NCBI GenBank assembly: GCA_028286865.1
Contig: JAQBQU010000019.1
Location: forward strand, 6,930-70,929
DNA length: 64,000 nt
Origin: Candidatus Kaiserbacteria bacterium
GTDB lineage: Bacteria; Patescibacteriota; Minisyncoccia; Phycocordibacterales; UBA2100
Direction of reading: 5' to 3'
This document shows positions 36,414 through 47,096 of this stretch, piece after piece. Both the position numbers and the translations under genes were made by a program. Positions within the stretch are counted from its first letter, which is position 1. Each line of letters starts with the position of its first letter. Below the pieces are notes generated by a model. That model did no database searches. It was not told the DNA's origin and was given only the letters and a program-made list of their open reading frames with translations.

Positions 36414-36836
36414 ATGAATATAGAGCGATACGCGCGACCGCAGACGGTGGTCAAGTACATAGCGCTCTACCTCACCGTCCTTTTTATCGGTATCGTAACG
36501 ATCGAGCGCTTCCCGGGCGTTCTCGTTGATACTGCCGTGCCACATGAATGGCTCATGTTCGGACTCTTCAAGATCTCGCTGATCGATGATATTACCCATG
36601 GTCTTTCGGGCCTTTTCGGCCTGCTCGCGATCCTTTCAGGATATCGCTGGACCGTAAAGTATTTGATGGTTATCGGAGGCTACTATGCGCTCGATGCGCT
36701 TTTCACTGTAGGAAACGGATTTGCCATCGGTCAGGACTTCATTAGCAACATGCTGCTCAATGGCCCGCATATCGGCATCACCGTGCTCGTTCTGATCGCG
36801 CTCTACTCATCCGTTCGACGGATAGAACTCAAATAA
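36414..36836 (+). CDS. Hypothetical 4-TM membrane protein
   Basis: Hydrophobic 140 aa. TATACT + 6 nt + ATG. The overlapping minus-strand 72-aa ORF is rejected. Confidence 0.5.
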   Translation: MNIERYARPQTVVKYIALYLTVLFIGIVTIERFPGVLVDTAVPHEWLMFGLFKISLIDDITHGLSGLFGLLAILSGYRWTVKYLMVIGGYYALDALFTVGNGFAIGQDFISNMLLNGPHIGITVLVLIALYSSVRRIELK

Positions 36837-36843
36837 TTCGCAT

Positions 36844-39327
36844 ATGAGCAGGGGGCATCAATTGCGTACCGCGCTCACTGCAAGGCGGATCGCATATGCG
36901 ATCATCGGTGTCGTTGTTATTTTTGCGGTTTCCGTGTCGGTCGTTGCGCTCCAAACCCGCAGCAATCCGCTTCCTCAGAAGCTCGCGCGCGAATCCGAGA
37001 ATACGAAGAACAATATCGTCGTGGATGTCACCGGCCTGTACCCGATCAAGGTGCAGGGGATCATCGTTCCGCATACGATCGACGAGATCGTACAAGCGGT
37101 CAAACTGAATGATCATGTTTCGATCGGTGGAGGACGCAATAGCATGGGCGGACAGACCGCAAGCTCTCGCGCGGTGCAGATCGATATGCGCGAGTACAAT
37201 AAAGTTCTCGATCTCTCAACGACCACCAAAGAAATAACGGTCCAGGCAGGGATCCGCTGGTACGATGTCCAAAAGTATATCGATCCGTACAACCTCTCGG
37301 TCAAGATCATGCAGACCTATTCCAACTTCACTGTCGGCGGGTCGCTGTCGGTAAATGTGCATGGTCGCTATGTGGGGCTTGGTCCGTTCGTTATGAGCGT
37401 GAAAAGCTTCCGCATCGTGCTTGCCGACGGATCGGTCATAAATGCGACGCCGACTGAACACAGCGATATTTTCTACAGCGCGATCGGCGGCCTTGGCGGG
37501 ATCGGGGTCGTGAGCGATGTCACGCTCGAGCTTGCGGACAATGTGAATGTCGAGCGTTCCCGTACGGTGATCCCCACAAGCGAGTACGCTGTGTTCTTTG
37601 CCGACAATGTCCGCTCGAACCCGAATGTCATATTCCACAACGGCGATATGTATCCGCCGGATTTCACGCACGTCTCAGCGGTGAGCTGGAGCATCACCGA
37701 CAAGGCGCCGACGGTGACAGACCGGCTGATACCTAAGAGCACCGATTACTGGCTCGAGCGCTTCGCCTGGGTCGTCATGAGCGATTGGCCGGGAGGGCGG
37801 TGGATACGCGAGCATATATTTGAGCCGCTCATTTATCGCGGCCCGCCCCCGGTGCATACACGCAATTACGAAGCGAGCTATGACATCGCCGAACTCGAAC
37901 CCGAGAGTCGTGACACCTCCACGTACGTACTTCAGGAATATTTCGTGCCCGTCGAGAATTTCGATCAATGGGTGCCCAAGATGAAAAGCGTCTTTGATCG
38001 TTACGACGTCAATGTGCTCAATGTGTCCATTCGACATGCCAAACAGGATCCCGGCGTTGTGCTGGCCTGGGCGCCCAAAGAGAGTTTTGCGTTCGTTGTG
38101 TATTACAAACAAGGCACCGATGACGCTTCGAAGCAAGCCGCTGCGCAGTGGACACGCGCGATGATCGACCAGGTACTCACGGTCGGAGGCACCTATTATT
38201 TGCCGTATCAACCCGCAGCGACCGACGACCAATTCCATCGCGCATACCCGGGTGCGATCACATACTTTCAAATAAAGAAGTATTACGATCCGACAGACAA
38301 ATTCACGAACAATCTATGGGATACCTATTACAGTCCCGAAAAACTCGACCTCTATGCTCAGAAGCAAAAGGAACTTGAGGTGGCAAGCACGACTCCGGAT
38401 TATTATCGTCCGTCCGATAACATGTATCTTTCGCTACCTGAGTGGTACATCGTGTATACGGCTGATGAATATGCTGCGGTCTTGCGCGATTCGCTGCCGT
38501 CGCACTTCCCGTACTTCGGCGCACATCAGGAGTATTGGCGAGAATATCATGCGGTCGACTCTCGCACGGCGACCAGTACCGCCTATGCACCTGATTACAA
38601 GACCGTATTGAAGGTGATCGGTGTGAGTTTTAGTGCCGAAAATATCGTAAAGGGGGTCTACGAGAATACGATCGGCCGCGCGACGGAATTTTTGGCGGGA
38701 AACAAACAGGTCCCTGAGGATACGTATGCCGCGCAGGTGGCGCAGCAGTATGCAGATTATATTTACGACTATCCATGGTACGACTTTTCATTCGGTAGCA
38801 GTTTCAAGGGATTGTGGACACTTCGCAGTGCCGAGCATTACTCGATCGGGCAGGACATACGCCGGATAGAACGAAAGATATTTCTTTCGTTCGAATACGG
38901 AATAAAAGCAGGGTATTCATCGGTGATCGCTTTCGCGTCGCATACGAAGTTCGGCTCGAAAGGAGAAGAAGTATATGCGGTCATAACCCGGGACGGATCC
39001 ACCTACGAGCTTATCCATGCGGCGCATTATCAACCCTTTACGCGGCTCTTACTCTCAGAGATCCAAAAAGAGTCCTCCAATGATCGATTTGCCGTCCTCA
39101 ATATTGCGGGAAACGACCGGATCCTTTTGACCTATCGCGACGTCGTCGGTACTGCATCTGTCTCGGGTACTGAAGTCGAACGTCATCAACAAATAGACAC
39201 TCTCGTAGACGGAGTCGTGCATTACAAGGACAGGATCACTGTTGAAGTCGCGCTGGCGGACCTTCCACTTGTATATAAAGACCTTGTCCTAAAAGGCATA
39301 CAGATAGATCACATATACGACTACTGA
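36844..39327 (+). CDS. FAD-binding (PCMH/FAD_binding_4) oxidoreductase fused to a large uncharacterised C-terminal region
   Basis: N-terminal TM, then GGGRNSMGGQ...TVGGSLSVNVHG, typical of vanillyl-alcohol-oxidase-type flavoenzymes. I do not recognise the roughly 330 C-terminal residues. Confidence 0.65.
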   Translation: MSRGHQLRTALTARRIAYAIIGVVVIFAVSVSVVALQTRSNPLPQKLARESENTKNNIVVDVTGLYPIKVQGIIVPHTIDEIVQAVKLNDHVSIGGGRNSMGGQTASSRAVQIDMREYNKVLDLSTTTKEITVQAGIRWYDVQKYIDPYNLSVKIMQTYSNFTVGGSLSVNVHGRYVGLGPFVMSVKSFRIVLADGSVINATPTEHSDIFYSAIGGLGGIGVVSDVTLELADNVNVERSRTVIPTSEYAVFFADNVRSNPNVIFHNGDMYPPDFTHVSAVSWSITDKAPTVTDRLIPKSTDYWLERFAWVVMSDWPGGRWIREHIFEPLIYRGPPPVHTRNYEASYDIAELEPESRDTSTYVLQEYFVPVENFDQWVPKMKSVFDRYDVNVLNVSIRHAKQDPGVVLAWAPKESFAFVVYYKQGTDDASKQAAAQWTRAMIDQVLTVGGTYYLPYQPAATDDQFHRAYPGAITYFQIKKYYDPTDKFTNNLWDTYYSPEKLDLYAQKQKELEVASTTPDYYRPSDNMYLSLPEWYIVYTADEYAAVLRDSLPSHFPYFGAHQEYWREYHAVDSRTATSTAYAPDYKTVLKVIGVSFSAENIVKGVYENTIGRATEFLAGNKQVPEDTYAAQVAQQYADYIYDYPWYDFSFGSSFKGLWTLRSAEHYSIGQDIRRIERKIFLSFEYGIKAGYSSVIAFASHTKFGSKGEEVYAVITRDGSTYELIHAAHYQPFTRLLLSEIQKESSNDRFAVLNIAGNDRILLTYRDVVGTASVSGTEVERHQQIDTLVDGVVHYKDRITVEVALADLPLVYKDLVLKGIQIDHIYDY

Positions 39328-39385
39328 TCACTGCCGTTCGATCACGGCGTTTCGCATATATGGCTTGAACGTGTATAACTCACTC

Positions 39386-39955
39386 ATGGAGATCACGAGA
39401 TCACAATTCGTAAAGGGCATCCGGGGTACCGATGCGATCATTGAGGACGGCGTACCCGTGTATGCATTTGTCGGCCGCTCGAATGTCGGCAAATCGAGTC
39501 TTATCAATGCGATCACGGGGCGCACCGACATGGCGCGCGTCGGCAAAAAGCCGGGGAAGACCACCGAGATCAACTTCTTTTTTGTGAACAACGCCTTCTA
39601 CCTGGCGGACCTTCCGGGATACGGATACGCCAAGGCGACTCCGCAAGAGCGCGCGAAGCTCAAGAAGCTCATCATCTGGTACCTGACATATTCGGGAGCG
39701 AAGCCTAAAAAGGTCGTGCTCATATTGGACTGCAAGGTCGGCGTGACCGATTTTGACCGCGATATGATCATGATCCTCAATGAGGAAAAGCATCCGTATG
39801 TCATAGTCGCCAATAAAATAGACAAGATCACGCAGAAGGAGGCGAGTGCCCAGATGGCCTTGATGACCGAAGCGGCCGGAAATGCACCGATCACCGCCTT
39901 CTCTTCAAAGACCGGAAAAGGCAAGAAACAGCTGCTCGAAATGATATTCTCGTAA
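39386..39955 (+). CDS. engB: Ribosome biogenesis GTPase YsxC/EngB
   Basis: GRSNVGKSSLIN (G1) and LADLPGYGYA (G3). The internal Met at 39386 has TATAAC 6 nt upstream (the track starts at 39365). Confidence 0.85.
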   Translation: MEITRSQFVKGIRGTDAIIEDGVPVYAFVGRSNVGKSSLINAITGRTDMARVGKKPGKTTEINFFFVNNAFYLADLPGYGYAKATPQERAKLKKLIIWYLTYSGAKPKKVVLILDCKVGVTDFDRDMIMILNEEKHPYVIVANKIDKITQKEASAQMALMTEAAGNAPITAFSSKTGKGKKQLLEMIFS

Positions 39956-39956
39956 T

Positions 39957-40448
39957 ATGGAGTTCCAACCGAATCAGGAAAGCCGGATCCGCATGTACTT
40001 CCGCATTAGTATTTTCCTCAAGGGGGTAGTGTCTCTCTTGGAGATCATCGGCGGAGTTCTCGCATTGTTCATCCCCGTATCGGCAGTGACGGCGTATATG
40101 GTCCGGCTCGCTGAAGGAGAGCTTTCGGAGGACGGGTACGACTTCATCGCAACGCACCTCATCCAGTTGGCGCATTCACTTTCCGTCACGGGAGGTCTTT
40201 TCATCGGTATCTATCTTTTGAGCCGCGGACTCATCAAGCTCGTGCTTGTCGTGGCGCTGCTCAAGAATCAGCTCTGGGCCTATCCGAGCTCGCTCGCGGT
40301 CCTCGGACTCTTCGTGCTCTATCAGGCATACGAAATTCTGCATACTCATTCGGTCTTTCTCATCGCACTCACCCTTTTCGATCTGCTCGTCATGTGGTTC
40401 ATCTGGCGTGAATATGAGGTCCTGCGTTCGCATGTCGTACGACCGTAA
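39957..40448 (+). CDS. DUF2127-like membrane protein
   Basis: FLKGVVSLLEIIGGVLALF and 4 TM segments. Confidence 0.5.
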   Translation: MEFQPNQESRIRMYFRISIFLKGVVSLLEIIGGVLALFIPVSAVTAYMVRLAEGELSEDGYDFIATHLIQLAHSLSVTGGLFIGIYLLSRGLIKLVLVVALLKNQLWAYPSSLAVLGLFVLYQAYEILHTHSVFLIALTLFDLLVMWFIWREYEVLRSHVVRP

Positions 40449-40450
40449 GT

Positions 40451-41212
40451 ATGGAAAAGAAACCGGATCGCGACACATCGTGGGGCAAAGTATCCCAATG
40501 GTACGACACCTATCTCGCGGGAGATGACAGCTACCAGATGCAGGTCATATTGCCGAATCTGGTGAGAGTGCTCGGTCTAAAAAAGGAGGAGCGGGTGCTC
40601 GACCTTGCCTGCGGCCAGGGATTCTTCACACGCGAATTCGCGAAGACGGGCGCGGCGGTGCAGGGAACGGATATCGCGCCGGAGCTTATCAAAGAGGCGA
40701 AGAAGCACGGCGGGGATATTCGCTACGATATCGCATCCGCGGAAGACCTTTCATTCGCACGCGACGCGTCGTTCGATACGGTCGTCTGCGTGCTCGCGCT
40801 TCAGAATATGGAGAACCTCGGGAAGGTCTGTAAGGAGGTCGAACGCGTGCTCGTGCCCGGCGGCAGGTTCGTGCTGGTCCTCAATCACCCGGCATTCCGA
40901 GTGCTGAAGCGCTCGAAGTGGGGATGGGATGAAGGGGGAATTCAATTCCGTCGCGTCGACGGATATCTCTCGGCGGCGAAAGTATTCATCGACATGCACC
41001 CGGGCAAAGGCGGCGAGAAAATACAGACCATCTCATATCATCGGTCGCTCCAGGATTTCTTCAAGTCGCTCGCGGGGGCCTCGCTCGCGGTGACGCGCCT
41101 AGAGGAATGGATATCACATCGGGTGAGCGAAAAAGGTCCCAAGCAAAAAGCGGAAGATACGGCACGCAAAGAGATCCCGCTCTTTATGATGCTCGAGGCC
41201 CGCAAGAGGTAG
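40451..41212 (+). CDS. Class I SAM-dependent methyltransferase
   Basis: VLDLACGQGFFT (motif I) and the downstream motifs. Confidence 0.8.
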   Translation: MEKKPDRDTSWGKVSQWYDTYLAGDDSYQMQVILPNLVRVLGLKKEERVLDLACGQGFFTREFAKTGAAVQGTDIAPELIKEAKKHGGDIRYDIASAEDLSFARDASFDTVVCVLALQNMENLGKVCKEVERVLVPGGRFVLVLNHPAFRVLKRSKWGWDEGGIQFRRVDGYLSAAKVFIDMHPGKGGEKIQTISYHRSLQDFFKSLAGASLAVTRLEEWISHRVSEKGPKQKAEDTARKEIPLFMMLEARKR

Positions 41213-41227
41213 GCGTATACTGTGCAC

Positions 41228-41812
41228 ATGAGACGCTCCCGTCCGATACGTATTGTTTCCTTCATAATTCTGATCATCCTCGTCGGTACCTATTTCTTCG
41301 TTACGCGCCGTGAAGAACAAACGGTAGTGACCGGCACCGCGATCGCCGCTACCGCTACTCCATACGTCGAAGGCAGCTTTGTGAAGCCGGCGGACTCGGT
41401 ACTGCGCGCGACGCTCACCCCGGAAATGTACGATGTCACCCAACGAAACGGCACTGAAGCCCCGTTCCATAATGAATACTGGGACAATCACGAAGAAGGG
41501 ATCTACGTCGATATCGTCTCCGGGGAGCCGCTCTTTTCTTCCAAGGATAAATATGATTCCGGCACCGGCTGGCCTTCTTTCACCAAGCCGCTGGTCGCCG
41601 CAAATATAAAGACCGTCGCCGATAATTCGCTCAGCGACGAGCGCACCGAAGTGCGCTCGGTACATGCTGATTCGCATCTTGGTCACGTATTCAACGACGG
41701 TCCCGCGCCGCTCGGGCTTCGCTATTGTATGAATTCCGCCGCAATGCGGTTCGTTCCGAAGAACGACCTTGTCGCACAAGGATACGGAGAATTTCTTTCC
41801 CTGTTCCAATAA
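41228..41812 (+). CDS. msrB: Peptide-methionine (R)-S-oxide reductase MsrB with an N-terminal membrane anchor
   Basis: [17 protein letters not shown] and RYCMNS motifs. N-terminal [24 protein letters not shown] + 6 nt + ATG 41228. Confidence 0.85.
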   Translation: MRRSRPIRIVSFIILIILVGTYFFVTRREEQTVVTGTAIAATATPYVEGSFVKPADSVLRATLTPEMYDVTQRNGTEAPFHNEYWDNHEEGIYVDIVSGEPLFSSKDKYDSGTGWPSFTKPLVAANIKTVADNSLSDERTEVRSVHADSHLGHVFNDGPAPLGLRYCMNSAAMRFVPKNDLVAQGYGEFLSLFQ

Positions 41813-41890
41813 GTGAATAACCCCCGTAGCGCGGCATGCCGCGTGCTATCGTGCAAGGTAATCACCCGATTATTTATAATTATTTCATAT

Positions 41891-42268
41891 ATGCTTCTCG
41901 CACAGATCCTCGGACTCTATTTTATGATCATCGGCGTCGTCGTGCTCTACCGCCGCCGCGCTGTCATGCCGGCAGTATCTCGACTCGTCGCGAATCGCCC
42001 GCTCTTGCTTGTGATCGGTCTCATGGAGATCCTCGGCGGTATCGCTATCGTCCTCACGTATCCCATGTTCACGCTCGACGCCAGCGGACTCATCTCGCTC
42101 ATCGGCCTCGTGCTTTTGATCGAAGGCATCGTCTATTTCGCATTGCCGTCGCGCAAAGTACAGCGCTTCGTTCGACGCTTCAACACCCCGTCGTGGTATG
42201 GCGCAGGCGGGCTCCTTTCTCTGATCATGGGCGTCTATCTCGCCGGCTCCGGATTCGGTCTCTTCTAG
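41891..42268 (+). CDS. Hypothetical 4-TM membrane protein
   Basis: Internal Met at 41891 after an AT-rich TATAAT region. The overlapping alternate-frame ORFs (41836 plus, 41885 minus) are rejected. Confidence 0.45.
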   Translation: MLLAQILGLYFMIIGVVVLYRRRAVMPAVSRLVANRPLLLVIGLMEILGGIAIVLTYPMFTLDASGLISLIGLVLLIEGIVYFALPSRKVQRFVRRFNTPSWYGAGGLLSLIMGVYLAGSGFGLF

Positions 42269-42301
42269 TGCCGTCTCGTGTCGGTGCGCTACACTGGATG
42301 G

Positions 42302-42541
42302 ATGTACTTCGTGTATCTGCTCGAGTGCGCCGACAAAAGTATCTATACCGGTATCGCCACCGACGTGGAGCGACGGTTCAAGGAGCATCAAAAGGGAACA
42401 GCCGCCGCCTATACGCGTTCGCGGAAGGCAGTTCGCGTCTTGTATACGGAGAAGGCGATCGATCGCAGTACCGCTCTCAAGCGCGAGGCTGCTATCAAGA
42501 AATTGACCCGTACGCAAAAGCTCGAACTGGCGGCCTCATGA
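42302..42541 (+). CDS. GIY-YIG domain protein (UPF0213-like)
   Basis: MYFVYLLECADKSIYTGIATDVERRFKEH. TACACT + 6 nt + ATG 42302 (the track starts at GTG 42278). Confidence 0.75.
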   Translation: MYFVYLLECADKSIYTGIATDVERRFKEHQKGTAAAYTRSRKAVRVLYTEKAIDRSTALKREAAIKKLTRTQKLELAAS

Positions 42542-42573
42542 ATTCTTAATCGATCGCACGATAGCATGCATCG

Positions 42574-42981
42574 ATGAACGGATATTACGCGAACATCGAA
42601 GAGATCACGCTGGCAAACGAGACCTTCCGAACGGTGCTGTACACCGCCAACAACACGCAGCTCGTCGTGATGAGCCTCAAGCCGGGAGAGGAGATCGGAG
42701 AAGAAGTGCACGGAGTGGACCAGTTCATCCGCATCGAGGCGGGGACCGGGAAGACCGTTCTCAACGGTGAGGAAAGGAAACTGAACGATGGCTCGGCGGT
42801 ATTAGTTCCCGCCGGAACGAAGCACAATATAATTAATACCTCCGCGACCGCACCAATGAAACTCTACACGGTGTACGGGCCGCCGAATCATATCGACGGT
42901 ACCGTCCATAAGACAAAGGCTGCTGCGGAAAAGGACGAAGACCGTGACCACTTCGACGGCAAAACTACCGAGTCGCAATAG
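42574..42981 (+). CDS. Cupin-domain protein
   Basis: GEEIGEEVHGVDQFIRIEAG...VPAGTKHNI cupin motifs. TAGCAT + 6 nt + ATG. Confidence 0.7.
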   Translation: MNGYYANIEEITLANETFRTVLYTANNTQLVVMSLKPGEEIGEEVHGVDQFIRIEAGTGKTVLNGEERKLNDGSAVLVPAGTKHNIINTSATAPMKLYTVYGPPNHIDGTVHKTKAAAEKDEDRDHFDGKTTESQ

Positions 42982-44230
42982 CAGCGGCACTCGTGCCTGC
43001 CACATATCCGCTCGTCCAGCAGATCTGCAGAGAGTAGCCGCCCGACGGGCGATCGATATCGAGCATGTCGCCGACGAGATACAGATTCGGAAACTTTTTT
43101 GAAGCCATCGTTTTGAAATCGACTTCCGTAAGTGCGACACCGCCGGACGTGGTGATGGCCTTATCAAGGCCTAAAAGCCCTGCTACCTCAAGCCGCAGAT
43201 GTTTGAGCGTGCGCATCAGCCGCACGCGCGCCTCGCGTGTGACGCTGTTGCATTGCGTGTCGGAGTCGATCGCCGCGTATTCTAGTACACTCGCCACGAG
43301 CGAAGGCTGCACCATAGTGCCCAACACATTTCGAATTTTCTTGTTGATACCGTCGCGGAAAAGTTGCTGTAGCTTGGCGTCGACGACATCGAAGCCCTGT
43401 TCGGGAAGCAGGTCGATCTCTATTTCGACCTCACCGTATTTCAAAAGTTCTCCGATCTCGCGCGAGAGGTTCAGTATCGCCGGTCCGCTGAGACCGACGT
43501 GAGTGAAAAGCATTTTGCCGATCCCTTGTGCCTGCTTCGCATTATTTTGATACACCGTTATTTTCACATCGCGCAGCGAGACCCCGGCGGCTCCCACGAG
43601 CGGCTTTTTGAGGGCGAGCGGGACGAGTGCGGCTTCGGTGTCATTCACCGTGTGGCCGATATCGCGCAGCATGCGGAAGCCGTCGCCGGTCGAACCGGTC
43701 TCCGGATGCGAGAGTCCGCCGGTGGCGAGTACGAACGCTTTCGCGCGGATAGCGTCGCCGTATTTCAGTTGTGCGGAAACGATACGACCGTCTTCGGAAT
43801 TAAGCGATTCGACCCGCGAATTCGACAGAACGGTGACACCCGTCTCTTTGAGATATGCGACGAGCACATCCCAGACCGACTGTGCGGTGTCTGATACGGG
43901 GAACGCGCGATTCTCTGCCTGGACTTTCGTGGGCATGCCGCGCCCCTCAAAGAAGTCGATCGTCTCCCTCGCACTCCATTGAGAGAAAGGGGAGGCGAGA
44001 AATTTGCCGCCGTCGCGGAATTTGGCGAGTAGCTTTTTGGTATCGAATTCGGCATTGGTGACATTGCAGCGGCCACCCCCGGTGATAAGGAGCTTCTTCC
44101 CGAGAGAGTTATTGCGCTCAAGGAGTATGACCTTTGCCCCGGTTTCAGCGGCACGAGCCGCGGCCATCATGCCCGCCGGACCTCCGCCCACCACGCATAC
44201 GTCCCATATTTCAGCCCCCAGAGTCTTCAT
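42965..44230 (-). CDS. NAD(P)/FAD-dependent oxidoreductase (HI0933/BaiN family)
   Basis: VCVVGGGPAGMMAA...LLITGGGRCNVTN. Its 3' end overlaps the cupin gene by 17 nt. Confidence 0.8.
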   Translation of the reverse strand: MKTLGAEIWDVCVVGGGPAGMMAAARAAETGAKVILLERNNSLGKKLLITGGGRCNVTNAEFDTKKLLAKFRDGGKFLASPFSQWSARETIDFFEGRGMPTKVQAENRAFPVSDTAQSVWDVLVAYLKETGVTVLSNSRVESLNSEDGRIVSAQLKYGDAIRAKAFVLATGGLSHPETGSTGDGFRMLRDIGHTVNDTEAALVPLALKKPLVGAAGVSLRDVKITVYQNNAKQAQGIGKMLFTHVGLSGPAILNLSREIGELLKYGEVEIEIDLLPEQGFDVVDAKLQQLFRDGINKKIRNVLGTMVQPSLVASVLEYAAIDSDTQCNSVTREARVRLMRTLKHLRLEVAGLLGLDKAITTSGGVALTEVDFKTMASKKFPNLYLVGDMLDIDRPSGGYSLQICWTSGYVAGTSAAAIATR

Positions 44231-44294
44231 GCAGGCATCCTAACACCAGTTGTATATTTGACTCCATGAAGCAAATCGTGTAAGATACTTACAT

Positions 44295-44720
44295 ATGTTC
44301 AAGTCCGACCAGATAGCAGAGATATTCCGGGGCATGATGGCGCTCAAACGGGCCCTCATGTTCAAGATGCCCGACGATTCCGCACCCACCATCACGCCCT
44401 CGCAATGGCTTGCGGTAAGTACGATCGGTGACGGTGCACATACGGTGAAGGCCGTGGCCAACGAGCTGAAGATATCCAGCAGCGCGGCTACTCAGCTGAT
44501 AGACGGGCTGGTGAAATGCGGTTATGTGCTTCGTTCTCCCGGTAAAGATGATAAGCGAGAGACCGAGCTCACACTCTCGAAAGATAGTGTTGCGGGTATC
44601 AGGGAAGTGAAACGACAGAAGATGGAACGGTTCGAAAAAGTATTCTCGGTCCTCTCGGAAAAGGAACTCGATGAATTCGCCGAACTTATGAAAAAATTAT
44701 CCGCATCAATAAATAAATAA
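44295..44720 (+). CDS. MarR-family transcriptional regulator
   Basis: Winged-helix pattern ([32 protein letters not shown]). Upstream of an MFS pump. Confidence 0.8.
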   Translation: MFKSDQIAEIFRGMMALKRALMFKMPDDSAPTITPSQWLAVSTIGDGAHTVKAVANELKISSSAATQLIDGLVKCGYVLRSPGKDDKRETELTLSKDSVAGIREVKRQKMERFEKVFSVLSEKELDEFAELMKKLSASINK

Positions 44721-44725
44721 TAATT

Positions 44726-46375
44726 ATGCAAAACGTAACAAACAGATTCGCCATCCTCGGAGCCGTCATGCTCGGCATGTTTCTCGCCGCGCTCGACCAG
44801 ACGATCGTGGCCACGGCTATGCCGCGCATCGTGGAAGAGTTCAACGGACTCTCGCAGCTCTCGTGGGTGTTCACCGCGTACATGCTCGCATCCACCATTA
44901 CGGTGCCCATCTACGGCAAGCTCTCCGACATCTTCGGACGCCGCGGACTCTATATTCTCGGTATCGGCATCTTCCTTGTGGGCTCGGCGCTTTCCGGATT
45001 CGCACATTCGATGATCCAGCTCATCATCTTCCGCTTCATCCAGGGTATCGGTGCAGGTGCGATCATGGTGAATTCGATCGCGATCATCTCCGATGTCTTT
45101 CCGCCGTCTGAGCGCGGTAAGTTCCAGGGCCTCATCGGTGCCGTCTTCGGCCTCGCATCAGTGATCGGCCCCTTCCTCGGCGGATTCATCACCGACAACT
45201 TCTCGTGGCGCTGGACCTTCTATATCAACATTCCGCTCGGCCTCATTGCGATGGTGGTGCTCGCAAGCGTGCTTCCGAAGATCGCCGTTAAGCTCGGTCG
45301 CTCGATCGACTATCTCGGAGCACTGCTCATGACCACGACCTTGGTGCCGTTCTTGCTCGCACTCGTGTGGGGCGGCAGCACCTATGCATGGAATTCGACC
45401 GAGATATTGCTTCTTCTCGGAGCCGCACTCGGATTCGGATTCCTCTTTATCGCGCGCGAAATGACGGCGCCGGAGCCGATCATCTCACTCGACCTCTTCA
45501 AGAATCGCGTCTTCCTTATCTCGGTGCTCTCGGTCTTCATCACGGCGATGGGCATGTTCGGAGCCATTCTCTACATTCCGCTCTTTGCGCAGGGAGTGAT
45601 AGGAGTTTCGGCCACGCACTCCGGGCTTGCTCTCACACCGATGATGCTCGGGCTCGTCTTTGCTTCGACCATCGGCGGACAGATCATGTCGCGCACCGGA
45701 AAATATAAATGGCTCGCCGTCGGCGGCGTGGCGTTCGTCATGGTCGGCATGTATCTCTTCTCGACCATCACCGTGGATACGACCTCCATCGGATTGGCAC
45801 TTCGCATGGTGGTCCTCGGTCTCGGTCTCGGAGCGACCATGCCTGTCTTCAATCTCGTCGTACAAAGCGCATTCACCCGCGAAAAGCTCGGTGAGGTCAC
45901 GGCGAGCGTGCAGCTTGCGCGCTCGATCGGAGGCACGGTGGGGACCGCCATCCTCGGCGGCGTCATGAACGCCGGCCTCTCAAGCCGCCTCGGTAATCTC
46001 TCGTCGGACCCGTTCGTCTCCGCCATGCAGCAGATCGATCCGAACAGTGCCATCGGCACGGTGAATAGCGATACGATCCAGGGACTTCTCAATCCGCAGG
46101 TGCAGGACCAGATCCGTGCAGGCATTTCGCAGGCGCCGAATGCCGACCAGCTCCTCTCAGGATTCGACAACTTCCTTGCCACCATCAAGCTCGCATTCAC
46201 GGCATCGGTGGATCATGTGTTCATCATCGGTGCCGCACTCATGGCGGTGGCATTCGTGATCGTCTGGTTCTTGCCGGTCATAGAGATCCACAAATCGACG
46301 AAGCCGAAGATCCAGCAGGCGGAAGACGACATCGAGGAAGAGCTCGCGTACGACGCCGGGGCGCTTGCGCACTAA
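44726..46375 (+). CDS. MFS transporter, DHA2 (EmrB/QacA-like, 14-TM) family
   Basis: 549 aa ([23 protein letters not shown] motifs). Confidence 0.85.
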   Translation: MQNVTNRFAILGAVMLGMFLAALDQTIVATAMPRIVEEFNGLSQLSWVFTAYMLASTITVPIYGKLSDIFGRRGLYILGIGIFLVGSALSGFAHSMIQLIIFRFIQGIGAGAIMVNSIAIISDVFPPSERGKFQGLIGAVFGLASVIGPFLGGFITDNFSWRWTFYINIPLGLIAMVVLASVLPKIAVKLGRSIDYLGALLMTTTLVPFLLALVWGGSTYAWNSTEILLLLGAALGFGFLFIAREMTAPEPIISLDLFKNRVFLISVLSVFITAMGMFGAILYIPLFAQGVIGVSATHSGLALTPMMLGLVFASTIGGQIMSRTGKYKWLAVGGVAFVMVGMYLFSTITVDTTSIGLALRMVVLGLGLGATMPVFNLVVQSAFTREKLGEVTASVQLARSIGGTVGTAILGGVMNAGLSSRLGNLSSDPFVSAMQQIDPNSAIGTVNSDTIQGLLNPQVQDQIRAGISQAPNADQLLSGFDNFLATIKLAFTASVDHVFIIGAALMAVAFVIVWFLPVIEIHKSTKPKIQQAEDDIEEELAYDAGALAH

Positions 46376-46430
46376 TTGACCGAAGCGTCTTCTGATTGTA
46401 AGGTCTCTCCAGATTCACAGGAGAGTACCG

Positions 46431-46922
46431 ATGAAGCAAGACATTCTCAATAAAGAACTCGTGGCGCGTGCGTTCGAGTGCGCTCGCCCGATGATTCATG
46501 ATTTGCTACGAAGGCTTCCGGTCAAGAACAAGGGACTGGTCGTCGTCGTCGCAGCCGCTGATCTGCATGAGACACCGCGCGACGCGACAGCTTTCAAGGA
46601 AAACTGCTTGTTGATCGAGCGTTTTGGCGACCCGACCATGTACACGGGTCCGTTTGAAGCCGTCGCTCTTTCCAAGACGCATCTCTCCGCTATGACAGGC
46701 AAGGGGACGGCTCAGCTTGATGCGTCGATGTTGCGAGTAGGCGACACCGTCAATGCCGGCAGCGTTGTCATCGGTCGCGTTGCGGCGGGGGCATCTGGCT
46801 CCAAAGGGTATTTCGACGAGTCGATCTCGTACATCCTTGCGGGCCTGATCCACGGCTTCTGTCGTCACGAATTCGCTCGTCTCAAGGATAACGACGCCGT
46901 GAATTTCGTCGGTGAATTCTGA
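46431..46922 (+). CDS. Hypothetical protein, possibly GlcG/DUF336-like
   Basis: Weak resemblance only (GSVVIGRVAAGASGSKGYFDE). AGGAG SD 7 nt before the ATG. Confidence 0.35.
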   Translation: MKQDILNKELVARAFECARPMIHDLLRRLPVKNKGLVVVVAAADLHETPRDATAFKENCLLIERFGDPTMYTGPFEAVALSKTHLSAMTGKGTAQLDASMLRVGDTVNAGSVVIGRVAAGASGSKGYFDESISYILAGLIHGFCRHEFARLKDNDAVNFVGEF

Positions 46923-46948
46923 AGCATTGCCAGCAATACCCAAAGGAT

Positions 46949-46974
46949 AAGCCCCCGCATGGCTGCGGGGGCTT
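46949..46974 (+). terminator. Rho-independent terminator
   Basis: AAGCCCCCGCA-tggc-TGCGGGGGCTT followed by a T-rich stretch. Confidence 0.75.
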
Positions 46975-46991
46975 TGTATATAAAGATCGCC

Positions 46992-47020
46992 TTGACAGCG
47001 GGCGGCCGCGGTGATACTAT
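46992..47020 (+). promoter_or_regulatory. Near-consensus sigma70 promoter of the DEAD-box helicase gene
   Basis: TTGACA (46992-46997), 17-nt spacer, TACTAT (47015-47020). Predicts a 5' UTR of about 70 nt. Confidence 0.65.
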
Positions 47021-47096
47021 AGATATACCAACGTTCTCTAGTTTCTGTCTTGAGGCATTCACTCAGGACCACCCCGCCAGTCGAAAGAAGGGGTGT

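Noticed and set aside
41836-42549. 237-aa plus-strand ORF and 210-aa minus-strand ORF spanning the 41891 membrane-protein and GIY-YIG genes.
   Set aside because: Both are Arg/His-rich alternate frames crossing two separately supported genes. The hydrophobic 4-TM frame and the GIY-YIG motif frame, each with its own -10 box, explain the region better.
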